Origin: Blepharisma stoltei ATCC 30299
Lineage: Eukaryota; Protista; Ciliophora
Direction of reading: 5' to 3'
Assembly: GCA_965603825.1 (NCBI GenBank)
Contig: CBFDEM010000014.1
Coordinates: 682,001 to 746,000 of the forward strand
Length of the DNA stretch: 64,000 nt
The position numbers and the translations under genes were made by a program. Positions 1 to 12,200 of the stretch are shown piece after piece. The notes under the pieces were generated by a model that saw only the letters and a list, made by a program, of their open reading frames with translations, did no database searches and had not been told where the DNA came from. Position 1 is the stretch's first letter; each line of letters begins with the position of its first letter.

Positions 1-3000
1 TTCTGACTTTTTAATAGTATTATAAACTACTTCATAGGATTTAATAGTATTTTCATCCAAGCTCCCATTCTTGTCTATAAAACTATTAAACTGATTAACA
101 GTATTATTATATAAATCATTAATGCTCTTTATCACATGTTCTGCAGATTCTTTATATTGTGATAAAAATTGCTCAAATAAGCTTCCTAAATATTTCAACT
201 CGTCCAATTTATATTTTATAATTTCATAATTCATAGGATTTGAGGCTATGAAAATGTCTTTTGAATGAAGCATTACTTGCTCTTTTATAGAAATTCTAGA
301 ATCTTCAGTTATAAAGCTAACAAATGCAGTTTTTGGGTCTAAAATAGGCGCTCTTTCCATTATCTTTGATAGGAGTTCTTGAGGGTCATCTCTTAAAGGA
401 TCAATAGTTATCGCCCCATTTTTAGTCTTATATTTTATGTCCTGCAAAATATGCAAAAACGCTTCATCAGGGTTTTCTAACAACCCTAAAGCATTCGTTA
501 CCAGTGCATTTATATTGGAAGCCTCTTGGGCTGTATATTTTGTAAATGCGTATGTAAATGAATGGGAATACTTATTAAAATTTGGGACAAGTCTGGCCAA
601 GGTATGAGCAATTTTTTTAACACCTTCAAACCTATCACCTTCTGTTTTACAACTTAATAAAATCAATGGCCTTACGCTTCTGCATTTTTTAACACATTCA
701 ATAATACTTATTGTATTTGCCATGTCAACTTCAGTTCCTTTTGTATCTAATAGCCCTGGAGGATCACAAATAAAAATCTCTTCAAAATTTTTAAAATTTA
801 TTGGCACCATAGTGATATATCGAGTTTCTGATTCTGCATGAGAAGAAATATTGATGTTTTTTAATATAGGATTTTTTACAGCAATTGCTTTAATATGTCT
901 CACACCATCTTCCATGATTCTCTCCATCTTTGAGTCGCATAAAAAATGGGTTGTTGTCGATTTTCCTGAACCTGTAACTCCAATTAACAAAATAATGTCC
1001 TTGTTTTGCAAATCTTCAGAGCATTGGGCTGATTTATTAATCAATCGTTTAAGTTCCTTTATATTGACAGGCCGATACTCCTTGAGAATTTTTTCTGTAT
1101 CTTTTATTAAATTTTTCCAATTTTTATTAATGAAATTTTCTTTGAAACTTGGGGTAAGCTTTCTTGACGAAAATCCATTAGGTGAAGCACTCAAAACTTG
1201 AAGAAAATTGCTGTACTCTTTTTCAATGTCTAAATTCTCAATTTTTTTCTGAAATTCTGGTGCTATCTCAAAATTGTAGCTTTTATAATATGCAAAGCAC
1301 AAAATGCTTGTAAGAAACCTTTCAGTACAACAGGGAATTTCTGAAATATCATTTATCATTGCTTCAATAAAATCAATCTTTTTATCATTTCCAATCTCTT
1401 TGAAGTCTAAAATAATCATAGATTTTAAACAAATTTGCTTATCAATAGAAAGTAATCTTTCTAAATCAGCAAGCTTGTTTTCTTCTTTTTTTGCTTTTTC
1501 TGGCTTTTTTTTCCTGTGATTTGATGTAATACTTTCTTTAGTTTTAATTGTCAATTCTTCTAATTCCTTAGGGCTTTCAAGATTATATTTGTTTAAACCT
1601 TGCTTCAATATATCTTCTAAATCATTCTCTTTAGTATCTATAGCTATCATAGATTTTGAGCTAAGCTTTTTGTAAATAGAGAGCAGTTTTTCCAAATCAG
1701 CAAGATTATTTTCTTCAATTTTTGCATCATTTAATTTTTTCCTTTTATGATAAAAAGAGATACTTTCTTTTGCTTCATTTATTTTTTCTTCAATTTGTTG
1801 AGGATTTTCAATCTCGTACTTAATTAATCCTTGCTTAAGCTCTTCATCTAAATTTTCTTCCTCAATAACGCTAACATTTTGATTAATTTCTTCATGCAAT
1901 TTTAGCAATCTCTCAAGATCTTGTAATTTCTTTTTTTCTTCTTCCTCAAGGTCATATTTTTTCTTTCTATTATAAAAAGCAATATCTTCTTTTACCTCTT
2001 CTATTTTTGCTGCGACACTATCTATATCTTCGATTTCATAAAATCTTAGCAACTTATTAATTTCCTCCTCGATTTTATTTTCTTCAGTTGCAATTTGTTG
2101 ATTTTCGCATTTTTCATGTTTATTTTCTTCACTTAGGGTTTCATGGTCTTCGAATTTTTCAATTTCTTCACTTGCAATCTGTTGATTTTCGCATTCTTCA
2201 TTATTTTCATTTATACTTTCCTGAGATTCGCAATTTTCATTATTTTCATTTATGCTTTCCTGATTTTCGCGTTTTTCATTTTCTTTACTTACACTTTGTT
2301 GATTTTCGCACTCTTTATCTTTATTTTCTTCACTTATTCTTTGCTGATTTTCACATTTTTCATTTTCTTCACTTAAAATTTGCTGACTTTCGCATTTTTC
2401 ATTTTTATTTTCTTCACTTGTTCTTTCCTGATTTTCGCCCAAAATTAACTGATTTTTGGATTTCTCGCTTTTATTTTCTTCATTTGTGCTTTCTTGACTC
2501 TCAAATTTTTTATTTTCTTCACCCACAGTTTGTAGATATTCGAATTTTTCATTTTTATTTTCTTCACTTATAGTGTGCTGATTTTCGCATTTCTCACTTT
2601 CTCCAATTATGCTTTCCTGGTTTTCGCATTTTTCATCTTTATTTTCTTCACTTATAGTGTGATGATTTTCGCATTTCTCATTTTCTTCATTTATGCTTTC
2701 CTGGTTTTCGCTATTTTTATCTTTATTTTCTTCACTTATAGTGTGCTGATTTTCGCATTTCTCACTTGCTTCATTTATGCTTTCCTGGCTTTCGCATTTT
2801 TCATCTTTATTTTCTTCACTTATAGTGTGATGATTTTCGCATTTCTCACTTTCTTCATTTATGTTTTTATTTTCTTCGCTTATCGTGTGCTGATTTTCGC
2901 ATTTCTCATTTTCTTCATTTATGCTTTCCTGGTTTTCGTATTTTTCATTTTTATTTTCTTCACTTATAGCGAGCTGATTTTCGCATTTCTCACTTTCTTC

Positions 3001-4278
3001 GTTTATGCTTTCCTGGTTTTCGCTATTTTTATCTTTATTTTCTTCACTTATAGTGTGCTGATTTTCGCATTTCTCACTTACTTCATTTATGCTTTCCTGA
3101 TTTTCGCATTTTTCATCTTTATTTTCTTCACTTATAGTGTGCTGATTTTCACATTTTTCATCTTTATTTTCGTACTGATTTTCGCATTTCTCACTTTCTT
3201 CATTTATGCTTTCCTGGTTTTCGCATTTTTCATCTTTATTTTCTTCACTTATAGTGTGCTGATTTTCGCATTTCTCATTTTCTTCATTTATGCTTTCCTG
3301 GTTTTCGCATTTTTCATCTTTATTTTCTTCACTTATAGTGTGCTGATTTTCGCATTTCTCATTTTCTTCATTTATGCTTTCCTGGTTTTCGCATTTTACA
3401 TCTTTATTTTCTTCACTTATAGTGTGATGATTTTCGCATTTCTCATTTTCTTCATTTATGCTTTCCTGGTTTTCGCATTTTTCATCTTTATTTTCTTCAC
3501 TTATAGTGTGATGATTTTCGCATTTCTCACTTTCTTCATTAATGCTTTCCTGGTTTTCGCATTTTTCATCTTTATTTTCTTCACTTATAGTGTGATGATT
3601 TTCGCATTTCTCACTTTCTTCATTTATGCTTTCCTGGTTTTCGCTTTTTTCATTTTTATTTTCTTCACTTATAGTGTGCTGATTTTCGCATTTCTCACTT
3701 GCTTCATTTATGTTTTTATTTTCTTCACTTATAGTGTGCTGATTTTCGCATTTCTCATTTTCTTCATTTATGCTTTCCTGGTTTTCGCATTTTTCATTTT
3801 TATTTTCTTCACTTTCGTCTTGCTCTTTTATTTGCTTTTCTCTTATGGTTGGCTGATTTTCGCTTTTTTCATTTTCACTTAAAACTTCGCTTTCACTCAA
3901 GGATTTGTGAAGGGTTTCAATGTTTTCTTCATTGATAAATTCGATTTCTATACTTAAAACTTCTTCACCATCGCTAGGAATCTTTAATCATGTTTTTGGG
4001 CTGAGACTAATTAATGCTGATCCCAGCAGCTTTTGGCTATCAATCGCCTTCATATAGAAACTGAGAACTAGAAAGCTAAGTTCACTAGGCTGTAATCGAA
4101 CTGAAGGAAGGCTGGAAACTTGCGATGGCTTAAAAGTGGAAGACTGGAAGATGATTTGGGAGGTTTGGGAGTTCGTCAGTATATAGCTGAGCTCTATATT
4201 GGTATCTGATTCTCAACTTGGCATAAATTCAACTTCGTTGACTTTGAAGGATAAGATAGAGCTATTTTTGCTAATCAT
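1..4278 (-). CDS. Giant C2-like/GTPase/SecA-like/vWA family protein, copy A (5' part; runs off the window). Chimera with F-type N-terminus, expanded EKCENQ array and B-type GTPase body
   Basis: ATG at 4278 (MISKNSS..., same start as copy F at 56254). Frame interrupted only by TGA codons (e.g. 3990-3988, KTW) and open to position 1. GTPase motifs GVTGSGKST, DPPG and AFTKY. Positions 1-1630 are a close reverse complement of B ~9880-11507. Confidence 0.88.
2095..3880 (-). repeat. Coding tandem repeat in copy A: ~84-bp unit made of 13-aa and 15-aa EKCENQ-containing subunits, roughly 40 subunits
   Basis: Repeated ttttcttcacttatagtgtgctgattttcgcatttctc...; translates on the minus strand as (EKCENQHTISEENKD/EKCENQESINEEN)n, in frame with gene A. 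Confidence 0.93.
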
Positions 4279-5709
4279 TTATAAATCTACAAATTTTTCT
4301 GAATTTCTGCACAAAAAAATGGAGTAAATATGTTTACTTAGAACTATTCAAATTTTAGGTCTTTCAACATCTAGCTGATAATAATAAAAGAACCTTGGTC
4401 TTAAGCTTTATTCAATATAAAAATACATGAGAAAGCCACTTTCTTAAGCTAAAACATTGAAATGATAAAGCATCATATGAGTATGCTTTACCGAAGCCAA
4501 ATTAGGAAGAGGCTATAGTAACAACAGCAAGGAATTAATTATTTGTTTATATTAAAGTGATTAAGAAAAAGGATGGGAGTGGGATAATAATCATTAAAGG
4601 GATCCTCTTGAAATTAGCCATTCTAAGGTGAAGCATAAACCATGTCTTAATTTAACAGGCTTGCAATTAGAGGAATTTAAGACTTTTGAAATCATAATTA
4701 TTCACTAAAGTGCATGCATGGGAAATATTAAGTAATTTTTAATTAGTGATTTTTATTAGTTTAAATCCATTTAATATTCAAAGTCATTTCTATAAATTTA
4801 TATAAAATGGCTTTTTCAAAATACAAATGTTTTGGATATCGCTTCAACGAGGATAATTTCTTTAATTATAATAAAAATAAAACTTTTGCTAGAAGCAAGG
4901 ACTTTAATTGCTTATCATTCTCATATAACCCTAAGTGGCAGAAGGATCATTATATTTATAGCTATAAATAAAATCATTTTCTTTCTAGGAGAGAAGAAAT
5001 AAGATTTGCAATTTAAATTGAGTTGCTTGCTGATAAGCAATTGAATGGAGTCATTTCTTGGCCTATCTGAGGAATTAAAATGCGATCCTGCTTATGTATA
5101 TTGAGTTTTATGAAACCTGTGAAGCTCAGAAGACGATTAAAGTGCTAAGAAACTTACTAGATTATATTAAAGGGTATATATTTGCGAATTAAAAACAGTC
5201 CTAAAGCAATAAATATCATTATTCTCTCTAGGATTTAGAAAATTATTTTTCTCCCATATGAACAGACATCAGAATTTTCATTTGATAAAAGCAATAAAAA
5301 GTTAATCAAGATATTCTTAACAATCTTAATTGAGATATAATTTTAATTCATATGAAGCTGAGAATTTAATTAGCAAAATTGCTATTAACAATCTAGCAAA
5401 TTACTAGAAATAAATAAAAATTGCATTGTAAAATTGAGACCGGTCAAGAAAAGATGTGTTTTATTAAGCAGCTGATGAAAACCTTTCTTATCCTTTATTT
5501 TGGCGACTCGATTTTAATCCCATAAACAGCATTTTTTGGAGCTTAAAGGGATTATTATATTGAATAAATTATCATAACTTTTTCTTGTTACCAAAACATC
5601 AAGCAAGCTGCTTCTATTTAGTTTGAAAATAAAAATATAGCATTTTTAGGAGAGCTGCTTTTTAAGGAAAACTTAATATAGTTGATCCAATATAGAGCTT
5701 ATATTATTT

Positions 5710-6164
5710 ATGAATAAATATGACAATAAAGGTCAAATCTTTCGGTCAATTATAAAAATAGCAGAAAACCATGAGCCAGATATATTTGCCTTTTAAAGAG
5801 CTCCTAAAGACAACTGCAAATGGCAATTGATTTTTCTTGCAGACATTGCAGGACCCTCTGAACTCCATATGAAGTTGAAATATTTTATATCTAGGCTTCC
5901 CTTTTAAACACCTTTTATAATTATAAGTTCCAGTTTCTTACAAAAATTTTACACCCGAATATAAGCGATGACGGAAAAATTCAGATCGAAATACCCAGTA
6001 GAGACAAACAAGATATAGAAGATGGACTTATATGAATAATCGAGCTTTTGAAGAAACCAAAATGGGAATTAGCCACAAATAAAGAATTATTACAAATTTA
6101 TAACGAAAATGAAGAGAAATATTTTTCTTATGTTGAAGAAGCTACAGCTATGTACGCGATTTAA
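5710..6164 (+). pseudogene. Pseudogene copy of the E2/UEV-like gene at 51642-52097
   Basis: Near-identical to the reverse complement of 51642-52097 (MNKYDNKGQ...HPNISDDG...AMYAI*), but with TAA at 5794-5796 and a 1-bp deletion near 5860 (455 vs 456 bp). Confidence 0.88.
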
Positions 6165-6269
6165 TCATTTTTATATAGAGAAATATAAATAAAGGCAAAA
6201 ATTTCTAATTTTATATTAAATCTTACGAAAACGAGTATTATTTATCAAAGCAAGGCTTAAATATTTCTA

Positions 6270-6620
6270 TTGGTGATAATTCGCCAGTTCTTCTCAGCTT
6301 TTTCTTCACTTTTTTATGTCCCAATCCAGCTGCTTTTTGCAATTAGTCAATTCCTACATCTATGCCCATTGAGTCCTTCTACATAAAAAACTCCAATGCT
6401 GTACATAGATTCCGTGCACTCCATTTCAGCAGCTTCAAGCAAAAGCTCCTTTGCCTTTGCCAAGTTCAGATCTCTGCCATTTTCTCCATGTAAATAGTCA
6501 AGCCCCAGGCACTAAATTTTTGCTCATTTTATCATAAGAGACTGTCTTGATGATAAAGGCTCCTTGACTTTTGAGAGTCCTAGATAGAAATTATCTTGTT
6601 CTTCCTCTTCACTTTCTGAT
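6270..6620 (-). pseudogene. Sel1-like repeat protein relic
   Basis: Reads LGLDYLHGENGRDLNLAKAKELLLEAAEMECTESMYSIGVFYVEGLNG, then after a frameshift GID*LQKAAGLGH. This matches the Sel1 pattern (LG.xY..G.G...D...A......AA..G). A more decayed copy lies at ~6830-7030. Confidence 0.65.
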
Positions 6621-7859
6621 TGCTTTAAAAAGTTCTGTAAAATAAATTTTCTTTAAAATATGATTTTGGTGGATTTAAAGGGGAGAAGTCTTGCAAAAAG
6701 TTTGAGTAGGATTTAAAATCTTGTTTATCGGCATTAAAGGTATGATTCATTTATTTTCAGGGTTTTATGCCCCTTATTATTATTTTTTGAAATTTAATAT
6801 AAAATTTGGAAATTTCAATCGATGATATTTCTTCAGTCATTCTTAGCTTTCTTTCATCTTTTTAAGTCCCAATCTAGCTGTTTTGGCAAACAGTCAATCA
6901 CTGTGTCTTTAATTAAAATCCAAAAACTCAATGCTATGAATAGAATCTGTGAAAGTTTCAAATAAAATTCCTTAGCTTTGTCAAGCTCAAGTCTCCGCTA
7001 TTCTCTCCATGCAAATAGCTAGGCCAAAGCAATAAAAGGTTTCCAAAATAAAGTTTATTTAAAATATATTTTTATTCGCTCAGAAAGAAGAATTCTTCAA
7101 AATAATCGGTATTGGGATTTATGTTCATCAAATTTACAATACTTTGATAATATTTGTTTAAATTCAGAAAAGTAATGTTGCTATTAATATCGTAAATGTG
7201 CATCAAATATCATAAACATTTAAATTCTACAAAAAATAAATAAACTATTTTGATATTTAAAAATGATTTTATTCTTTATTGCTGAATTCACTATAAAATG
7301 ATTTCTTTTCTTTTTAGGTAGCCGTAATTTAAATTGAAAGCTATAATTTTAAGCACAAATTATTTTTTAAGAAATTTCTCTTCCTAAATTGCCCTTTGAG
7401 AACTAATATCATTTAATTCATAATTATTTATATAATTTAAAGTGAATAAATATTGAAATCTTATTGAGATCAGCTTTATGCTAAATCTTAATCGTATAGC
7501 GTTAAAAACGCGCCAATTATTTATCAAATAAAAACCATCACTATAGCCAAGGGCCTTTTCAAATCGCCCTATGCTATACTTGCTTCAATTTTATGTATTT
7601 TGAAAGTATTAATTAATATATTTAAATAAATTAAACAATATAAAGATGGAGTACTAGCAAGGCTATTCACTAGTTTAGAAGCCCATCAACAATTTTATCA
7701 GCAATGTTAAATAAATCATAATAGTTATTATTTTTTGAAAAAAATATTTTATCCTTCCTCACTTTTTTGATCGATTTTTATTCTGAAATATAAAATGAAA
7801 AGAGTTCCTAATCTTTTTCGATCATTTGCTCAATTTAGAAAGCTCCAGTCTTACGAGGA

Positions 7860-8400
7860 GTTTCTTAGCAAAAACCCAAGAGTTTGGCACTCAAAAGTCC
7901 TTAGAAATACCGAAGCTTGTAACTCTTGATGATAAGGCTTTGATTGACAGACATGCTGACTTGAACCAAAGAGAATTTTACACAGAAAGCTCTGATTTTG
8001 ACGTAGAAACTTTTAATCTTAAAGAGTACTTTTGGAGCTGCATTTTTATAACTAGGCCAACTCTTTTTAGAACGCTTTGATGCTTTATAATTTACACAAC
8101 CCTTTTCCTTTTTGGTTAAGGCTGTTTATATGATTTACAAGAGACTAAGAGTTCTGTGGTGTGCGAACAGATATTTTGATATGCTTGGACCTGCATTTAG
8201 AGACATGCAGCTTGTGAAGTTCAACCAAAGGCTGTATTTTAAAAAACTGCATAGCTATGATTAAGGATAAACTAGGTTATAATTATGAATTAAAATAGAT
8301 TTATATTGGATTGCAAATAGAGAAGACTCTATATTTGTTTATGGTTTTTAGCAGCCATAAATATTTTAAAATTGGCAACAAAAGACAAGAGAAGTTAGAG
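7860..8400 (+). repeat. ~540-bp segment duplicated at ~20660-21190; decayed coding-like fragment of unknown identity
   Basis: gagttt(t)ggcactcaaaa...gattgacagacatgctgac...gccataaatatttt is present at both sites, once upstream of B and once upstream of C. Confidence 0.85.
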
Positions 8401-9062
8401 CAAATCCAAATGCTTTGCTATCTTCATCAAAAAAATAGCAAAAATTGCATCTAGCAGTTCTTCAGAAAACAAAGACACTTGACTATAAGAAATTCTAAGC
8501 CTTAAGGCACTGAGAGCATCATTATTTTATTTTCACTTAAAGTATAGTTCCAATTTCATAGCCAATACTTAATTCTATATGAGTCTTCTGGTCATTTAAC
8601 TCACTATCATAATCTGCCAAGGTATTTAAATGCTTTTGCCTTGGCGATACATAAATTAGAACTTGGTTCCATGAACCTTAATATCAAATCCGTCTTAGGT
8701 CCAAGATAGGGACTAAAAAACCTCCAAAGCATAATTTCCGTTTATATTCTGGCTTAGAACTAACATCAGATAAACAGGCCTTTACAAGCTCAGCTCCTTT
8801 TTCTTGAAAATCAGTTTATAAATGTATAGATGCTGTAGGACTTAGAATAATCCAGTCATAGCAGCTAATGCTTCTTTGGCTTTAGCTACAAGATCTTTTC
8901 CATTGATAGTTCGATATACCTTGAATGCTAGACAGGGCTGGGAAGTCTCCTATGCTTAGAAGAATATTTCCTTCTCACGGGGAGGGAGTAAGTATAAGAT
9001 TATTTAATCTATAAGTTAAAATCATCAATATTAGATTTATTTTATGATTCTAGAAGTAAGAG

Positions 9063-9227
9063 TTGGCTTTGGTAATTTTTCAATCTTTTAATGCATTTAT
9101 TCCTAAAAATTGTAGAATTGACTTTGGTAATTTTTCAATCTTTTAATGCATTTATTCCTAAAAATTGTAGAATTGACTTTGATAATTTTTCAAGCTTTTA
9201 GTGCATTTATTCCTGAAAATTGTAGAG
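9063..9227 (+). repeat. 3 x 55-bp tandem repeat immediately upstream of the copy B start codon
   Basis: Unit ctttggtaatttttcaatcttttaatgcatttattcctaaaaattgtagaattga starts at 9067, 9122 and 9177; ATG follows at 9234. Confidence 0.93.
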
Positions 9228-12200
9228 TCCATAATGATAAATTCTTTTCCTATTTTTAGAGTTAGCGAGGTTGAAGTTAAGCCTAATTCAGATTCAGACC
9301 CTATATCAGAGCTCAGTTTTACTTTGGCAGACTCTAAAACCTCTCAATTGATCTTTCAATCTCCCTCTATTGAGCTATCTCAAATTTCCAATCTTGCTCC
9401 TATTCAATTGCTATCAGATACTGAAGCCATCATAACCCTTAGCATTTATATAAAAAGTGTTGAAAGCCAAAATTTACTTGGATCCGCCTCAATAAATCTC
9501 GCCCAAGATTTCCCGTTAAAAAAGTGACTAAATATTCAAAGTGAAGGCAAAGAAATTTTAAGTATAGAAATAGAAGTCAATAAAGTAGAAAACTTGGAAA
9601 ATTCATTCGAGATAATTGAAGAAAGTCTTGAGAAAAGTGATTTTATAGAAAAGCTAGAAATAAATAAAAGTCTACAAATGATAAATATAGAAGAAAATAA
9701 AAATGACCAGGAAATTGATAATAACGAAATCGAAGAGGTAAAGAAAAATATTGCATCTCACCATAGTAAAGAATTTTTTGATAAAGATGAAAGGGAAAGT
9801 TTAAAGCTGAAAGATTCTGAAAGGTTAAAGGAATTGTATGAAGAAACCAAAAATGCAAAAAACAGGGATTTGCCTGAAGAGAATGATTTAGAAGATATAT
9901 TGAAGCAAGGTTTAAGCAAATATAATATTGAAAGCCCTAAGGAATTAGAAGAATTGATAAATATAACTAAAGAAAGTATTGCATTAAATCTCAGAAAAAA
10001 AAAAACAGAAAAAGCAAAAAAAGAAGAAAACAAACTTGCTGATTTAGAAAAATTACTTTCTATTGATAAGCAAATTACTTTAAAATCTATGATCATTTTA
10101 GACTTCAAAGAGATTGGAAATGATAAAAAGATTGGTTTTATTGAAGCAATGATAAATGATATTTCAGAAATTCCCTATTGTACTGAAAGGTTTCTTACAA
10201 GCATTTTGTGCTTTGCATATTATAAAAGCTACAATTTTGAGATAGCACCAGAATTTCAAGAAAAAATTGAGAATTTAGACATTGAAAAAGAGTACAGCAA
10301 TTTTCTTCAAGTTTTAAGTGCTTTACCTAAAGGATTTTTGTCAAGAAAGCTTATTTCAAGTTTCAAAGAAAATTTTATTAATAAAAATTGGAAAAATTTA
10401 ATAAAAGATACAGAAAAAATTCTCAAGGAGTATCGGCCTGTCAATATAAAGGAACTTAAACGATTGATTAATAAATCAGTCCAACGCTCTGAAGATTTGC
10501 AAAACAAGGACATTATTTTGTTAATTGGAATTACAGGCTCAGGAAAATCGACAACAACCCATTTTTTATGCGACTCAAAGATGGAGAGAGTCATGGAAGA
10601 TGGTGTGAGACATATTAAAGCAATTGCTGTAAAAAATCCTATATTAAAAAACATCAATATTTCTTCTCATGCAGAATCAGAAACTCGATATATCATTATG
10701 GTGCCAATAAATTTTAAAAATTTTGAAGAGATTTTTATTTGTGATCCTCCAGGGCTATTAGATACAAAAGGAGCTGAAGTTGACATGGCAAATACAATAA
10801 GTATTATTGAATGCGTTAAAAAATGCAGAAGCGTAAGGCCATTGATTTTATTAAGTTGTAAAACAGAAGGTGATAGGTTTGAAGGTGTTAAAAAAATTGC
10901 TCACACCTTGGCCAGACTTGTCCCAAATTTTAATAAGTATTCCCGTTCATTTACGTATGCATTTACAAAATATACAGCCCAAGAGGCTTCCAATATAAAT
11001 GCACTGGTAACGAATGCTTTAGGGTTGTTAGAAAACCCTGATGAAGCGTTTTTGCACATTTTGCAGGACATAAAATATAAGACTAAAAATGGGGCGATAA
11101 CTATTGATCCTTTAAGAGATGACCCTCAAGAACTACTAACGAAGATAATGGAAAGAGCACCTATTTTAGACCCAAAAACTGCCTTTGTGAGCTTTATAAC
11201 TGAAGATTCTAGAAAATCTATAAAAGAGCAAGTACTGCTTCATTCAAAAGACATTTTAATAGCCTCAAATCCTATGGATTATAAAATTATAAAATATAAA
11301 TTGGACGAGTTGAAATATTTAGGAAGCTTATTTGAGCAATTTTTATCCCAATATAAAGAATCTGCAGAACATGTGATAAAGAGCATTAATGATTTATATA
11401 ATAATACTGTTAATCAGTTTAATAGCTTTATAGACAAGAATGGGAGCTTGGATGAAAATACTATTAAATCCTATGAAGTAGTTTATAATATTATTAAAAA
11501 ATTTGAAGAAATCAGAGATAGCCATTTAAGGGGAGAAACAGTCACATCTGCAGCAATGTTAACTAATATTGTTTCAAAGCTAGATCTTACAAATCTGAAC
11601 TTAAAATCAGATAATATAGATCCTGATATTTTGAATGTCCAGTTGAATAATGTTAAAATTTTAAGTGAAACATTTGAAGACGTTGTGCCGCACTATAAAA
11701 ATCTTTTTAACGAATATTCAAATCTCATTGAAAGCTTACTATCATCTGCCACTTCTAATTTGGAAGAGAAAAACTTTAAAAATTTTGCTAAAGACATATT
11801 GCAAGAGCAAAAATATTTAAGAATTGCTCGCACCCATTTCGATTTGACAGCTTTTGACGAAAGGCATAATGATCTTCTAAAGAAGTTATCATTTACCTTA
11901 AAAGAAAATCATGATAACTCCATTGCAATATTAAGTAAAGGAAGATTTGAAAAAAGCGATATCGAACCTCTAAACCAAAATATTTCAATAATAAAGTCAT
12001 TTATCGGATCTCGCCACTTTAATGGTCTGATAGCCAAAGATGAATTAGAAAACCAGCTCCAGTCAATTCTTGATGTGTATCAAAAGCACTTTGAAGACGC
12101 TAAAAGCAATGTCATCTCATTCATTAATGATAAAACCACATATAATATAGCTGAAATTGAAACAAAATTTGATGAATTCAGCTATTTAATGGAGATCCCA

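Larger units (their letters stand above)
4279..7530. repeat. Inverted segmental duplication of the E-F spacer (~50100-52232 plus ~54904-56253)
   Basis: 4279-5650 is the reverse complement of ~54904-56253; 5590-6810 of ~51010-52232; 6810-7530 of ~50100-50840 and also of ~38640-39390. Same order of E2-like gene, Sel1 relics and promoter block. Confidence 0.88.

Noticed and set aside
2095-3880. Regular repeat that could be taken for a CRISPR array
   Set aside because: It has no unique spacers, units are multiples of 3 bp within a coding frame, and the context is eukaryotic with no cas genes.
2575-3882. 435-aa Phe/Ile-rich plus-strand ORF resembling a membrane protein (also 2088-2573 and 48433-49035)
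   Set aside because: These are antisense shadows of the EKCENQ array in the minus-strand genes A and E.
8590-8990. Coding-like stretches here and at ~4950-5200 and ~39390-39610
   Set aside because: They contain multiple TAA/TAG stops and no family could be recognised, so no call is supportable.
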